Counted from the first letter of the stretch, positions 38,360 to 49,072 are shown. The stretch: DNA of 64,000 nucleotides from Minisyncoccia bacterium (GCA_041740795.1 JBGSLH010000016.1:3431-67430); one strand, 5' to 3'. Notes: generated by a model not told the origin, from the letters alone. Translations and numbers: made by a program.

Positions 38360-38920
38360 TTATGAAATCGGAGTATCATGACACGCCTGAGCAAGAACTG
38401 CATCAGCCACGTTCCTGATTCCTTGATTTACTATCACGTATTCCTTCAAATTTTTCCATTGTCCATTAAGGGCGCTGGCAGACTGTGCTGCGTAATGGGT
38501 ACTCTTGAGCAACGGCAACGTGACCTGACGTGAACAAATCAGGTGTTCCAGAATTCTCATATCGAGCATGTTGTATAGCAGTGTGTTTGAATTGCATTGT
38601 TTGAGCAGGTATTCAAGCACCACTACATCCTGGGGACTAGTCGAATTGAGCAGATAGTGAAAAGACCTCACTACCCGTCTTTCAATATTCTTTGAAATCT
38701 TGGTCGGTCTTCCGATGGCGTCCGTTAGGTTAAAGTCCTTCAGGCAACGTCCTAATAGAAATGTCTTAACGACATTTTCTAGAATGTGACCTGTGCGATA
38801 GCTTCTTAGAAGATTGACGAGTGCTATCTTTTTCTTTTTTGATCTCGTATTTCGAAGGACAAGCATCTGATCGTTTTTGAAGCTGTTTCGAGCTTCAATA
38901 AATATTGCATTGGCAAACAT
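38360..38920 (-). CDS. Hypothetical protein
   Basis: 186-aa ORF with no TM helix and no motif I recognise. Confidence 0.5.
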   Translation of the reverse strand: MFANAIFIEARNSFKNDQMLVLRNTRSKKKKIALVNLLRSYRTGHILENVVKTFLLGRCLKDFNLTDAIGRPTKISKNIERRVVRSFHYLLNSTSPQDVVVLEYLLKQCNSNTLLYNMLDMRILEHLICSRQVTLPLLKSTHYAAQSASALNGQWKNLKEYVIVNQGIRNVADAVLAQACHDTPIS

Positions 38921-38980
38921 TGTATTTAGGGATTGGAATTATCTTCCTTCAAACTACAACATATCCCCTACCCTGTCAAA

Positions 38981-39015
38981 CACAAAGGGCGCATCTTGCG
39001 ATGCGCCCTTTGTGT
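38981..39015. terminator. Strong bidirectional terminator after the SLT-domain gene
   Basis: ACAAAGGGCGCATC-TTGC-GATGCGCCCTTTGT. Confidence 0.8.
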
Positions 39016-39047
39016 TTGTTTAATGCAATTGTAATTGATCTTGAAGA

Positions 39048-39533
39048 TTATCGAAGCGCAAACGTGTTGGATGCGTCCCAACAAGATGACGAGTGGACCC
39101 AGGGTTTTACCCCTTGAGTCTTGTACAGGTATTTTGCGTAGTTGATATTACCCTCGAGAGAGTAGATATCAAGACCAAGCTTTTTTGATGTACTTAAGTG
39201 GTATTTCTCATTGATCTGCATAAGCCCAACGTCTTGGGAGTTTACACGACCTCGAAGTACCGCTCCGGTCTGGTCAAATTGACGGGTTTGCGATTCACAA
39301 GAAGCGATCTTCTTGAGAATCGGCGCGTCAGCAAACTGCTCAGCGATTATCTCTTCAGTTGTCTTTACTTTCACTTGTTCTGAAATTTCAGAATAAGTCT
39401 CTTCTTCAACAATACTTTCGGTATTGGTTGGTGCCTCGATTACTTGAGCGTCGCTAATCGATGCGATCAACATTGCGAGTCCGATTGTCAGTTGTATTAT
39501 AAGCCTATTCGTAATGGTAATCTGCACATGCAA
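39048..39533 (-). CDS. Secreted lytic transglycosylase (SLT) domain protein
   Basis: Signal-like N-terminus, then IASCESQTRQF and GLMQINEKYH (catalytic Glu plus a GLMQI motif). The start is TTG or GTG. Confidence 0.75.
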   Translation of the reverse strand: MHVQITITNRLIIQLTIGLAMLIASISDAQVIEAPTNTESIVEEETYSEISEQVKVKTTEEIIAEQFADAPILKKIASCESQTRQFDQTGAVLRGRVNSQDVGLMQINEKYHLSTSKKLGLDIYSLEGNINYAKYLYKTQGVKPWVHSSSCWDASNTFALR

Positions 39534-39593
39534 CCATGTCTCTCGTATGCAGGTCCTAGGCTGTGTCCCGGTTTACCGGCCCTAAAACATAAG

Positions 39594-39612
39594 GTCTGGA
39601 TATTATCCAGAC
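39594..39612 (-). terminator. Hairpin terminator after the 39651..40025 gene
   Basis: GTCTGGATA-T-TATCCAGAC, a perfect palindrome. On the minus strand it is followed by CTTATGTTTT. Confidence 0.5.
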
Positions 39613-39650
39613 TTGAGAGATATCATAGCACATATCACCTAAAAAATCAA

Positions 39651-40025
39651 TCATTTACACCCTGAATATGCCTTGAATCCTGCCCGCTCAGCACTTATTA
39701 TATCCTTAAAATACAACATATTTTGAATAGAAAGGGTCTTGGCTTTATTGCATCCTGATGGGTAATAATACGTCCCTCTTTTGGAGGCAACAAAGGGATT
39801 TTGGCTCAGTTGTGAATTCGAGACCTGTGACTCCCCTTTTTGAGATATTTGCTTCGGATTTAATTGTTCGGTAGCCACAATCTGTAGTGTCGTCCGCTCG
39901 CCAAGCAGTATACGGCTCCAGACCCAGCTCACATAGAGCTCGGCAAGCACGATAAGGGCCATAATGCCCCACCCAATATACCGCTTCTTGCTTTTTTCCC
40001 AAAAATATACTATCATTTGCTTCAC
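39651..40025 (-). CDS. Membrane-anchored protein with a sunset-type (Cys-containing) C-terminal domain
   Basis: TM helix GWGIMALIVLAELYVSW. The C-terminal YYYPSGCNKAKTLSIQNMLYFKDIISAERAGFKAYSGC fits the YHxxxC...A..AGYxxC pattern. Confidence 0.55.
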   Translation of the reverse strand: MKQMIVYFWEKSKKRYIGWGIMALIVLAELYVSWVWSRILLGERTTLQIVATEQLNPKQISQKGESQVSNSQLSQNPFVASKRGTYYYPSGCNKAKTLSIQNMLYFKDIISAERAGFKAYSGCK

Positions 40026-40061
40026 TAATCTTAATTAAATTAGATAAATAAAATATAAAGT

Positions 40062-40334
40062 ATGTCTAAAGTTAAAGCCGGTGGAACATCAAAAAACCTG
40101 ACTGACTCTGCACCTAAGTTTTTGGGTGTCAAAATCGCTGATGGTCAGACAGCAAAAGCTGGCGCAATCATCATAAGACAACGTGGAACACGTTATCTTG
40201 CTGGTCCAAATACAGATCTCGGAAAAGACCACACTATCTTTGCACTTAAAGCAGGTGTGGTTAAATTTTCAAATAAAAGAAAGGTTCGATTCGACGGCAA
40301 GCCGGTCGTTCGAAAGTTGGTACAGATCGTATAA
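40062..40334 (+). CDS. rpmA: 50S ribosomal protein L27
   Basis: KAGGTSKNLTDSAPKFLGVKIADGQ...IIIRQRGTRYLAGPN. Confidence 0.93.
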   Translation: MSKVKAGGTSKNLTDSAPKFLGVKIADGQTAKAGAIIIRQRGTRYLAGPNTDLGKDHTIFALKAGVVKFSNKRKVRFDGKPVVRKLVQIV

Positions 40335-40344
40335 TTTCCAAAAT

Positions 40345-40374
40345 AAAAGGTGCGCCCTTCGGGCGCACCTTTTA
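40345..40374. terminator. Bidirectional terminator between rpmA and rplI
   Basis: AAAAGGTGCGCCCTTCGGGCGCACCTTTT. Confidence 0.85.
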
Positions 40375-40390
40375 TTTTGGATAATATACT

Positions 40391-40828
40391 TTACAATGCT
40401 TTTATTTCTATATTAAAATCCCCTACTAGCCATGGCGACTTAACTTTCACTACAAAAATTCCCGCTTCTTTGAATTCAAAAGGTACGATGTATTTGATAT
40501 CAAACATAATACCCTTCTCCTTAAATATCTTCTTGAGTTGTTCCACCTTGAACTTAGAAAAAAGGTGTCCTTGCGCGTTTGAAGGAAGCTGGACGACTAT
40601 CTTTTCGTTTTGAAGCTGCAAGATAGCATTCTTCATTGTTTCGATTTGTACAGTTTCTGCTTTTAGTGCTTGCTCTTGTTTTGTCTTAAGTGCATTTAGT
40701 GCCTGAGGAGTCGCGATTTGGGCAAGTCCCTTAGGTAAAAGTGCGTTCTGTGCAAAACCGTCGGCCACATCTTTCACGTCATTTTTCTTTCCGATCTTTG
40801 GAACGTCTTTCAAGAATATTACTTTCAT
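40391..40828 (-). CDS. rplI: 50S ribosomal protein L9
   Basis: [36 protein letters not shown]. Confidence 0.9.
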   Translation of the reverse strand: MKVIFLKDVPKIGKKNDVKDVADGFAQNALLPKGLAQIATPQALNALKTKQEQALKAETVQIETMKNAILQLQNEKIVVQLPSNAQGHLFSKFKVEQLKKIFKEKGIMFDIKYIVPFEFKEAGIFVVKVKSPWLVGDFNIEIKAL

Positions 40829-40838
40829 ATGGGTTGGA

Positions 40839-42029
40839 TTATTTCAATAATTCGAGTGCTTTTTGAAGTTGCGTATCTTCTTTTGTCTTTTTGAAAAGTT
40901 CAGGATCGAACTTTACTTCTACATCAGGTTCAATTCCCTTGAGTGAGATTGAGTTACCATTTGGAGTCAGCCACCGTGCAATAGTTACCTTGAGTGCAGT
41001 ATCAGGAGTAATGTCTATCAATTCCTGCACAGATCCTTTTCCAAAAGACTTAGCCCCGACAAGTCGTGCAACACCCTGCTCCTTGAGTGCCCCAGCCACG
41101 ATTTCAGAAGCAGATGCGGAACCTTCGTCGATCATCACTATCATGTTCGGCTTGAACTTCAGGAGATTATATCCCTTGCTTCGAAATACTTTTGCAGGAA
41201 TATCTGAACCGAAGTCCTCACTCACAATAGTCTTGCCAGTTGGAAGAAACCAACTTGAGATATCAACTGCAGCATCGAGATATCCGCCTGGATTGCCTCG
41301 CATGTCGAGAATGAGCTTGGTCTTCTTAGATCGTACAAATTGCTGCATCGCAGTCTTGAACTCTGTCTGAGCAGTTGCACCGAACGTATAGAGTTTAATA
41401 ATAAAAACGTCTCCTTTCTCTTCTGTCTCAAGTGTTGGAACAACAATCTGATCTCGACTAATTTTGATTTCAACTTCCTTTTGAGTGCCTTTTTTGATAA
41501 TACCAAGAGTTACAATTGTTCCCTTCTTGCCCCTAATCAGACTCACAGCTTCTTCGACCTTCATACCCAATGTATTGTGTCCATCAATTGATACAATCAG
41601 ATCACCACTTTCGATCCCTGCTTTTTGTGCAGGTGAATTCTTGAGTGGTGCAACAACAGTGAGGCGTTCTTCTAGGATTCCTACCTCCATCCCAACCCCT
41701 TCGAACGTACCTTCGATCGTCTCGTCAAATTTGGTCTTTTCTTCAGGAGTGAAGAAAACCGTGTACGGATCCTCGAGAGAATCTACCAACCCACTGATTG
41801 CGCCATACATCTTGTCTGTATCCGAAATGTTTTGAGTTGAAGATGCAGAAACAAATTTTTCATTGATAGTATTCCATACTTTCCAAAACGCAGTCATGTC
41901 GGCAGTTTCACTCGCCTGCGTGTGCCTAAAAGAAACAGTTCCGTTACCGATGTAAAATCCCGCACCAAATCCTAGTGCAATAGTCAGACACATCCATGTA
42001 AAAATCTGTGTTCTTAATTTAGAATTCAT
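40839..42029 (-). CDS. Carboxy-terminal processing (S41) peptidase with a PDZ domain
   Basis: PDZ segment [13 protein letters not shown], then [10 protein letters not shown] and [10 protein letters not shown]. The ORF is open from 42065, but MNSKLRT at 42029 precedes the TM anchor. Confidence 0.88.
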   Translation of the reverse strand: MNSKLRTQIFTWMCLTIALGFGAGFYIGNGTVSFRHTQASETADMTAFWKVWNTINEKFVSASSTQNISDTDKMYGAISGLVDSLEDPYTVFFTPEEKTKFDETIEGTFEGVGMEVGILEERLTVVAPLKNSPAQKAGIESGDLIVSIDGHNTLGMKVEEAVSLIRGKKGTIVTLGIIKKGTQKEVEIKISRDQIVVPTLETEEKGDVFIIKLYTFGATAQTEFKTAMQQFVRSKKTKLILDMRGNPGGYLDAAVDISSWFLPTGKTIVSEDFGSDIPAKVFRSKGYNLLKFKPNMIVMIDEGSASASEIVAGALKEQGVARLVGAKSFGKGSVQELIDITPDTALKVTIARWLTPNGNSISLKGIEPDVEVKFDPELFKKTKEDTQLQKALELLK

Positions 42030-42101
42030 ATGATTCAGTATCTCAATTTGTGCATAAAAAGTCAAAATAAATTTTTATAGTGGTATACTAATTACAACAT
42101 T

Positions 42102-43025
42102 ATGGTTTCAACATACACACAGAACAAAGTGACCTGGATCGATCTTGAAAATCCTACCAAGGACGAGGTGCGCGACATCATGAATACCTACAATCTTGAT
42201 CCATCAGTCGCAGAGGACCTACTTGACCCCACTATCAGAACGCGTGCAGATACTTTTGCTGATTTTACATACTTTGTGCTTCACTTTCCTTTCCATTCCC
42301 ACAAAAAAAATCATATCTTCGACAAACGGACTGAGGAGGTCGACTTTGTGATCGGCAAGAACTTTCTAATCACTATCCACTATGCTCCCATCGAAGCACT
42401 CATCGACTTCAGTAAGTCGCTCGAGACAGATACCTTGCTCCACCACGACCGAGTCACAAAGAGTTCAGGCGCACTGTTCGTGCATATTTTATACAAGATG
42501 TACAGGGCGGTACACGAGAAGGTCGAGGATATCCATACGACACTCAACATGCACGAGGAACGTATTTTTGAAGGAGACCACAAGGTCATGGTGTCCGAAC
42601 TCTCTTCGCTCAACCGTATCCTTATCTATTTCAGAGAATCCCTGACTTCACACAAGGACATTATCAAGCTCTTCGAACGGACAAGTCTCACAATGTTCGG
42701 AAAAGACTTTTCTTTCTACATCGAACACATCAAACAGGAGTACAACAAGGCACTGCAAGCGGTTCTTTCTGCAAAGGAGTACACGGACGAATTACGACAG
42801 ACCAATGACTCGCTTCTTTCGACAAAACAGAGTGAGATTATGAAAACACTCACCGTAGTCAACTTTATCGTTCTTCCACTTTCGGTCATCACTGGACTTT
42901 TTGGAATGAATGTCAATCACACTCCATTGTCTGGACAATCCTATGACTTCTGGATAATCGTTCTTATTATGTTTTTGATCACTGTTATTTCAACAACTAT
43001 TTTCAAACGTAAAAACTGGTTATAA
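42102..43025 (+). CDS. corA: CorA-family magnesium transporter
   Basis: GLFGMNV (GMN motif) between two C-terminal TM helices. Confidence 0.88.
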   Translation: MVSTYTQNKVTWIDLENPTKDEVRDIMNTYNLDPSVAEDLLDPTIRTRADTFADFTYFVLHFPFHSHKKNHIFDKRTEEVDFVIGKNFLITIHYAPIEALIDFSKSLETDTLLHHDRVTKSSGALFVHILYKMYRAVHEKVEDIHTTLNMHEERIFEGDHKVMVSELSSLNRILIYFRESLTSHKDIIKLFERTSLTMFGKDFSFYIEHIKQEYNKALQAVLSAKEYTDELRQTNDSLLSTKQSEIMKTLTVVNFIVLPLSVITGLFGMNVNHTPLSGQSYDFWIIVLIMFLITVISTTIFKRKNWL

Positions 43026-43034
43026 TATCTAGCT

Positions 43035-44417
43035 ATGATTTATTTTAAAAATACTCTGTCAGGAAATGTCGAAGAGTTCAAACCAATTACTCCACATAGT
43101 GTAGGGATGTACAACTGTGGACCAACAGTCTACAGAAAAGTCCACATAGGAAACATGCGTGCCTATGTCTTTGCAGACTTGATCAAAAGTGTTCTCGTGT
43201 ACAACGGATATACTGTTCACCAAGTAGTCAATATTACGGACGTTGGTCACCTTGTCGACGATGGCGATATGGGCGAAGATAAAGTCGAACAGCAGTCAAA
43301 AAAAGAAAACATCGACGCACGCACAATCACCCAAAAATATACTGAGTATTTTATGCAAAAACTTGTTGAACTTAGTATTGATTCCTCAACAACTGATTTT
43401 CCAAAAGCTTCGAATCACATACGCGAGCAAATCGTACTTATCACACAACTCGGAGCAAAAGGTTTTATCTACATGACTTCAGATGGTGTGTATTTTGATA
43501 CTGCAAAATTTCCAACATATGGTGAACTTGGACACATTAATATCAAAGGTCTACAGGAAGGCGCACGAATCGAGACTAATTCCGAAAAAAGAAATCTTAC
43601 AGACTTCGCACTTTGGAAATTCTCAAAAGAAGCGCGTCAGCAAGAATGGGAATCTCCATGGGGCAAAGGCTTTCCAGGTTGGCACATCGAATGTTCTGCT
43701 ATGGCAGCCAAGTATCTTGGAAACACATTCGATATACATACTGGAGGTATTGACCATGTTCCAACTCACCACAACAACGAGATCGCACAGTCAGTCGCTG
43801 CACACGATACTCCTCTTTCCAACTATTGGCTTCATGTAAACCACATCACAGTCGACAGTCAGAAGATTTCAAAATCTGTCCCAACAAGTACGATATATAT
43901 TGAAGACCTGATTGCAAAAAATATTTCCCCGCTTGCATACAAATATTGGCTTTATACTTCCCACTACTCTACCCTTTCTAATTTTACATGGGAAGCTTTA
44001 CGTGCATCAGAAACTGCAATCAATAAGCTTCTTCGTTTTTTGCAAAGCAACGAATCCGGAGAAATTAACCAGGATTATAAAATTAAATTTTTATCTTTTA
44101 TCAATAACGATCTCGACACTCCAAAAGCAATTGCACTTATATGGGAATTATTGAAAGATGACTCAATTTCAGATAAAGATAAAAAAGCTACAATCTTGGA
44201 TTTTGACAGAGTGTTGAAATTAAATTTACACGAGACTATTTCGTCAACACCTACTAACATTCCTCAAAAAATTACCGATCTCGCAAAAAGAAGGAAGGAA
44301 GCACGAGCCAACAGGGACTTTGCACTCTCTGACGCGCTTCGAGAAGAGATCGAAAAAGCAGGATTCGTTATCAAAGATACTGACACAGAAATTGGATATT
44401 TTTTAGAAGAAAAATAA
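43035..44417 (+). CDS. cysS: Cysteinyl-tRNA synthetase
   Basis: [33 protein letters not shown]. Confidence 0.95.
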   Translation: MIYFKNTLSGNVEEFKPITPHSVGMYNCGPTVYRKVHIGNMRAYVFADLIKSVLVYNGYTVHQVVNITDVGHLVDDGDMGEDKVEQQSKKENIDARTITQKYTEYFMQKLVELSIDSSTTDFPKASNHIREQIVLITQLGAKGFIYMTSDGVYFDTAKFPTYGELGHINIKGLQEGARIETNSEKRNLTDFALWKFSKEARQQEWESPWGKGFPGWHIECSAMAAKYLGNTFDIHTGGIDHVPTHHNNEIAQSVAAHDTPLSNYWLHVNHITVDSQKISKSVPTSTIYIEDLIAKNISPLAYKYWLYTSHYSTLSNFTWEALRASETAINKLLRFLQSNESGEINQDYKIKFLSFINNDLDTPKAIALIWELLKDDSISDKDKKATILDFDRVLKLNLHETISSTPTNIPQKITDLAKRRKEARANRDFALSDALREEIEKAGFVIKDTDTEIGYFLEEK

Positions 44418-44598
44418 TTTCTAACAGTACGAACCAATCCCTTTTCTTATAAAACACATCTCTGATTTGTCATCCACCAGGCGTTTTGTGTGTCATAAAG
44501 ATTTTATTTTATCCAAAATACGTTGCAAACAAAGACTCTCCCCAGCTGTGAATAACTTTTCTATTCCTCTATACCAGAGGCATTGTTACTCTTACAGT

Positions 44599-45954
44599 AT
44601 GTCTAGCAACAACCTCAAAATTCCACCTCAAAGTCTCGAATCTGAAATGGCTGTTTTGGGTGCGATTTTACAGCGACCGGATTGTCTTTATGATATCAGT
44701 GACGTTTTGACAGCGGCGGCATTCTACTCTGCACGCAACAAGATGGTCTATGAGATCATCCTTGAGCTTCAGTCCAAAAGTGTACCGCTCGACTCTGTTT
44801 CTGTTCTTGGTCGTCTCAAGGAATTGGGTCTTACTGAACGTTCTGGAGGTGCTGCGTATCTTGCAGAACTTATGGACTTTGTACCAAACACTGCCAACAT
44901 CAAACATTACTGCGATACGATTTTGAAAAAAAAGATTATGCGTGACCTTCTTGATGCTGCCGATCACGTTTCAGGTCTCGGATATGATGAAGCAAAAGAA
45001 CTGGATGAGATTCTAGATACTGCCGAAAAACGTATCTTCGAAGTGACCAACCAAACATCGAGTCAAAACATCATCGCCCTCACTGATGTTGTAGGACAAG
45101 CCTTCGAACGACTCGAACACATCCACGCAAACAGAGATGCGGTACGAGGTGTGCCAACTGGGTTTAAGTCTCTCGACAACAAGCTTTCAGGATTCCAGAA
45201 CTCCGACCTCATTATCCTCGCTGCTCGACCTTCCATGGGTAAAACGTCGCTTGCACTCGATATTGCCCGCAAGGCAGCACTTAATCACGAAATTGCTGTG
45301 CAGATCTTTTCACTCGAAATGAGTGCTGATCAGCTCGTTGACCGTATGGTATCTGCAGAAGCATCTGTAGACAGTTGGAGCATCAGAACAGGTAAAGGAT
45401 TGAAGGAAAGTGATTTTGAAAAGATCGGAGAAGCGATCGCAAAACTTTCCAACGCGCAGATTTTTATAAATGATGAAGCAGGTATCAACATCCTCAAGAT
45501 GCGTTCGATTGCACGTAAACTCAAGAGCGAAAAGAAGCTCGGTCTCATCATTGTTGATTATCTCCAGCTCATGTCCCCTACGACCAAGACCGACAATATG
45601 GTAAATCAAGTTACGGAGATCTCGCGTTCCCTCAAGCAACTTGCAAAAGAAATGCAAGTACCAGTTATTGCTCTTTCGCAGCTGTCTCGAGCCGTTGAGG
45701 CCCGAGGAGGTAAACCGCGCCTATCTGACCTTCGAGACTCAGGTTCTATCGAGCAGGACGCCGATGTGGTAATGTTTATTCACAGAGAAGACAAGTATAA
45801 TGAGGATTCGAACAAACCAAACATCGCACAAATCTTGATTGAAAAGCACAGAAATGGACCCGTTGGTATCTGTGAGTTGTACTTCGATGACAAAAAATCA
45901 ACATTCCTTGATATCGACAATGCAAGTTATGGTAATGCGCTCGACGATTTTTAA
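44599..45954 (+). CDS. dnaB: Replicative DNA helicase DnaB
   Basis: PPQSLESEMAVLGAIL, Walker A ARPSMGKTSLAL, IIVDYLQLM, LSQLSRAVE. The ORF track starts at a TTG at 44467, but MSSNNLKIPPQ at 44599 is canonical. Confidence 0.95.
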   Translation: MSSNNLKIPPQSLESEMAVLGAILQRPDCLYDISDVLTAAAFYSARNKMVYEIILELQSKSVPLDSVSVLGRLKELGLTERSGGAAYLAELMDFVPNTANIKHYCDTILKKKIMRDLLDAADHVSGLGYDEAKELDEILDTAEKRIFEVTNQTSSQNIIALTDVVGQAFERLEHIHANRDAVRGVPTGFKSLDNKLSGFQNSDLIILAARPSMGKTSLALDIARKAALNHEIAVQIFSLEMSADQLVDRMVSAEASVDSWSIRTGKGLKESDFEKIGEAIAKLSNAQIFINDEAGINILKMRSIARKLKSEKKLGLIIVDYLQLMSPTTKTDNMVNQVTEISRSLKQLAKEMQVPVIALSQLSRAVEARGGKPRLSDLRDSGSIEQDADVVMFIHREDKYNEDSNKPNIAQILIEKHRNGPVGICELYFDDKKSTFLDIDNASYGNALDDF

Positions 45955-45957
45955 TAT

Positions 45958-46551
45958 ATGAACCACATAGACGAACTATCAGAATTATTTAGACAATTCC
46001 CGGGAATTGGTCCAAGGCAAGCCAAACGCTTCGTGTTTTTTCTTCTGCGCAAAAACAAAGCTTATACAGAAAAGCTTATTTCAGAAATCCAGAATCTCAA
46101 AACAATGACCAAACATTGTCCGCAATGCAACAGATTTTTTTCAAGCAACAATCACCTGTGTGATATTTGTCGAGATGAAAAGCGCAACGCTTCTCTCCTT
46201 ATGATTGTAGCCAAAGATACCGATCTTGAAACGATCGAAAAAACAAAGACCTACGACGGACTCTACTTTGTACTTGGTACAACACTTGCACTCATGGATC
46301 GCGACCTTGAGAAGCTTGTAGATATCCACACCCTTATAGCTCTCCTCAATACCAAAAAACCAAACGAGGTTGTCCTTTCTCTACCTGTAAATCCAGAAGG
46401 TGATCACACTGCCAACTTAGTCAAAATATTGATACTCAAACACAAACCAGAGATGAACATTACGATGCTTGGACGCGGAATCTCGACAGGAGTTGAGATC
46501 GAATATGTGGATACGGAGACGATCAAGAATGCGCTTAAAAATAGAGGATAA
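45958..46551 (+). CDS. recR: Recombination protein RecR
   Basis: FPGIGPRQAKRF (HhH), zinc finger CPQC..CDIC, and a Toprim region. Confidence 0.92.
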   Translation: MNHIDELSELFRQFPGIGPRQAKRFVFFLLRKNKAYTEKLISEIQNLKTMTKHCPQCNRFFSSNNHLCDICRDEKRNASLLMIVAKDTDLETIEKTKTYDGLYFVLGTTLALMDRDLEKLVDIHTLIALLNTKKPNEVVLSLPVNPEGDHTANLVKILILKHKPEMNITMLGRGISTGVEIEYVDTETIKNALKNRG

Positions 46552-46591
46552 CAGAGGTCAGTAGCTTTTAGCTATTAGCTATTGGCTAAAG

Positions 46592-46626
46592 AAAAAGGAG
46601 CGGACCCTTCGGGTCTGCTCCTTTTT
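46592..46626. terminator. Bidirectional terminator between recR and rplU
   Basis: AAAAAGGAGCGGACCCTTCGGGTCTGCTCCTTTTT. Confidence 0.85.
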
Positions 46627-46648
46627 CTCCAGGTTCAAATCACTAATG

Positions 46649-46996
46649 TTAAATACTCAAAATCTCCACCTTCATCAATGTCTGTCGATGTCCTTTTTTT
46701 ACAAAGTATCGACTCTTCTGCTTGTATTTTATAACGGTAACTTTTTTCTCCTTTGCAATATCGAGTACTTTTGCTTGTACGGTTGAACTAGTAAGATATG
46801 GAGCTCCAATAGTAACAGTTGAACCGTTGTCAGTTGCCAAAACCTTATCAAGATTAATAGTATCACCGACCTTGACATCGTCTCCCATAATTTCTACCTT
46901 AAGTTGATCTCCGACGGAAACAATGTATTGTTTTCCACCAGTTTCAACGATTGCGTATTCCTTTTTTGCTTCGGCTGTTTTCATATGTTTGCCCAT
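46649..46996 (-). CDS. rplU: 50S ribosomal protein L21
   Basis: EYAIVETGGKQYIVSVGDQLKVE, VIKYKQKSRYFVKKGHRQ. Confidence 0.92.
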   Translation of the reverse strand: MGKHMKTAEAKKEYAIVETGGKQYIVSVGDQLKVEIMGDDVKVGDTINLDKVLATDNGSTVTIGAPYLTSSTVQAKVLDIAKEKKVTVIKYKQKSRYFVKKGHRQTLMKVEILSI

Positions 46997-47098
46997 TCTA
47001 CCCTATTTTTCTAGTTTTGCAATAGCCTTCTGGACCTTATATTTTTGACGTATCAATAAAATGTTGTAGTATAGCAATGAACCCCAAAGCTCCTCAAT

Positions 47099-47551
47099 AT
47101 GAATTATATGAACATACATTCTTTTGGAAACAAAGTGTTTTCACATTTCTATCTCGTCATTATCCTATTTATGGCCGCCATTATATGTTTGCGGGACAAG
47201 GGCAAGTATTCTCCTGTGCAACCCCTGTCCACATCTGAACTTTCCCAAAGGGAAAACGGAGGTACTGCGTTAAGAGCAGAGCAAGTACAACTTTCTGAAG
47301 AAATCCTTGATTCAGAAAGTTTCCATCTTGTTGAACCTGATGTAATTAACCTAGAGATCTCAGGCTTTCATGGTCAAATGGTTTGGTTTACTGGAAATAC
47401 AGGAATCTCTTACTCTCAACTCAATCAAGGGAATGATCCAGGTATCGAAGTCTCTGATGGAAAATTGATTTCGAAACCCGAGTACGCTACAGCATTCATG
47501 CTAAAAGGCAGATCCACAAATGGATATAAGGTAACTTTTACAACGAAGTAA
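47099..47551 (+). CDS. Hypothetical membrane-anchored or secreted protein
   Basis: 150-aa ORF with an N-terminal hydrophobic segment and its own terminator. Confidence 0.45.
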   Translation: MNYMNIHSFGNKVFSHFYLVIILFMAAIICLRDKGKYSPVQPLSTSELSQRENGGTALRAEQVQLSEEILDSESFHLVEPDVINLEISGFHGQMVWFTGNTGISYSQLNQGNDPGIEVSDGKLISKPEYATAFMLKGRSTNGYKVTFTTK

Positions 47552-47570
47552 TTCGCCTGTTAGTAACATC

Positions 47571-47605
47571 AAGGTCCCAGTGCATAACTGGGACCTTTTT
47601 TTATT
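47571..47605 (+). terminator. Intrinsic terminator
   Basis: AAGGTCCCAG-tgcataa-CTGGGACCTTTTTTT. Confidence 0.8.
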
Positions 47606-47631
47606 GACACTCCGAATTCTAATTGTAAAAT
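47604..47631 (+). promoter_or_regulatory. Putative sigma70-type promoter
   Basis: TTGACA (47604-47609), a 16-nt spacer, then TAAAAT (47626-47631). The ATG lies at 47655. Confidence 0.5.
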
Positions 47632-47654
47632 TATAACAGAATCCGAACACAGCC

Positions 47655-47864
47655 ATGTCAGATCCATTCACCACGATAGTATTTCAAACTAAACGGGTAT
47701 CCTGGATTGAAATAGTGCTCATCCTGGTAATCTGTTCTGTTTATTTAGGCGTTGGTTTAGAGATTTATCGACGCTGGACTCCACCGCCCTTACAGGCAGG
47801 TATCAAAACTGTCGTCATAGACAGTGTCACGAGTGTAGAACCACCCATTATCGCGCAAAAATGA
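47655..47864 (+). CDS. Small hypothetical membrane protein
   Basis: 69-aa ORF with a TM helix WIEIVLILVICSVYLGVGL. Confidence 0.4.
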   Translation: MSDPFTTIVFQTKRVSWIEIVLILVICSVYLGVGLEIYRRWTPPPLQAGIKTVVIDSVTSVEPPIIAQK

Positions 47865-47911
47865 CTTTTCATAAACGGGTCCCTTGCACAACAATAGCAG
47901 TGGGCCCTTTT

Positions 47912-49009
47912 TTATTCCTCTTCTATCTTTATGCCCTCATCGATCAGAATTGGATCAAGCTCAGCAGAGTTCCCTGCAATGCGCATGATGTCCTTGTCGA
48001 TTTTTTTGAATTCTTTTGTAGAAAAATTATATTGGTTGATCACTGTCCCGAGATTCTTGCCGAGTTTGTTGTGATAGTCCTCGTATGACTTGAGATGGTT
48101 TCCAAGTTCACGCACATGCTTTTGGATCTGAATCGCACCTTCTTGTATCTTGTATGCCCTGAAGCCATGGAGTACGGACTGTAAGTACGCAGCGAATGTC
48201 GTAGGAGACACAATGATCACTTTCTTTTCGTTGTACGCATAATCGATAAGGCTTCGCGTATTCACCTTGTTTGCGCCGACTTCGTTCACAAGCAAATCAT
48301 AATAGATTCCTTCTGCAGGGATGAACATGAACGCAAAAGGGAGTGTTCCTTCTGCGGGTCTGATGTATTTTGATGTCTCATCGATTCTGCGCTTAAGATC
48401 ATTCTTAAAATCCCGTTCTAATTCGGCTTTACGATTGTCATCCGTTTCGTTTACTAATCGTGAATAGTTTTCAAGAGAAAATTTAGCGTCTACTGGAATA
48501 ATTCCGTCCTTGGTTGTAATTGCAGCGTCTACAATTTCTCCATTCTTGAAACTATATTGCAACTTATACTCACTGGGAGGAAGAATATTAGAAAGAATCA
48601 GTTCTAATCCAGCTTCACCTAAGTTCCCTCTTTGTTTTTGATTCTTAAGAACTTTTTCAAGATTCTGTAATTGGTCAGCAATTGTAAAAACTTGTTTTGT
48701 AGATTCTGATACGCGAGTTACTCCTTCTGATACAGTGAGAAGTTGATCTGTCACAGACTTGTTAATGTCTTGAATCAGTTTTTGAGATCTGTTGAACTGG
48801 TCGGACACAGTTTCGGACATCTGTCGTTGAGAATCTCCAATCTTGGCATCCACCGTACGATTCATTTGGTTAATTTGTTCGAGGATGAGAGAAAAATGAG
48901 ATTGGTTGTCTTGTGGTTTGTTTTGTGAAAGTTTTGATAATACAAGGAATAAAAATGCGAGAACTGCCAGTAACAAAACGAGAGCAATAATCAAAAGTAT
49001 AGTAGTCAT
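47912..49009 (-). CDS. rmuC: DNA recombination protein RmuC
   Basis: N-terminal TM helix, a coiled coil, and a C-terminal FAFMFIPAEGIYYD...VIIVSPTTFAAYL typical of the RmuC nuclease-like domain. Confidence 0.88.
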   Translation of the reverse strand: MTTILLIIALVLLLAVLAFLFLVLSKLSQNKPQDNQSHFSLILEQINQMNRTVDAKIGDSQRQMSETVSDQFNRSQKLIQDINKSVTDQLLTVSEGVTRVSESTKQVFTIADQLQNLEKVLKNQKQRGNLGEAGLELILSNILPPSEYKLQYSFKNGEIVDAAITTKDGIIPVDAKFSLENYSRLVNETDDNRKAELERDFKNDLKRRIDETSKYIRPAEGTLPFAFMFIPAEGIYYDLLVNEVGANKVNTRSLIDYAYNEKKVIIVSPTTFAAYLQSVLHGFRAYKIQEGAIQIQKHVRELGNHLKSYEDYHNKLGKNLGTVINQYNFSTKEFKKIDKDIMRIAGNSAELDPILIDEGIKIEEE

Positions 49010-49072
49010 TGCTCTATGTTATCATAAAAAATTCTGTGGTAATATAGTAATATTACACTAATAGACGAACAT

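Noticed and set aside
39534-39650. Riboswitch (for example c-di-AMP type) in the leader of the SLT-domain gene.
   Set aside because: The spacer holds only the terminator palindrome of the upstream gene and a 4-bp CCGG-TAAA-CCGG hairpin. It is too short and lacks any conserved riboswitch core I know.
47875-47910. Possible fourth, degenerate copy of the long-hairpin apex (GGGTCCCTTG matches 10 nt of the copy 1 apex in reverse complement).
   Set aside because: It is only a 10-nt match. There are no flank blocks and no long stem. The sequence is more simply a weak terminator between convergent genes.
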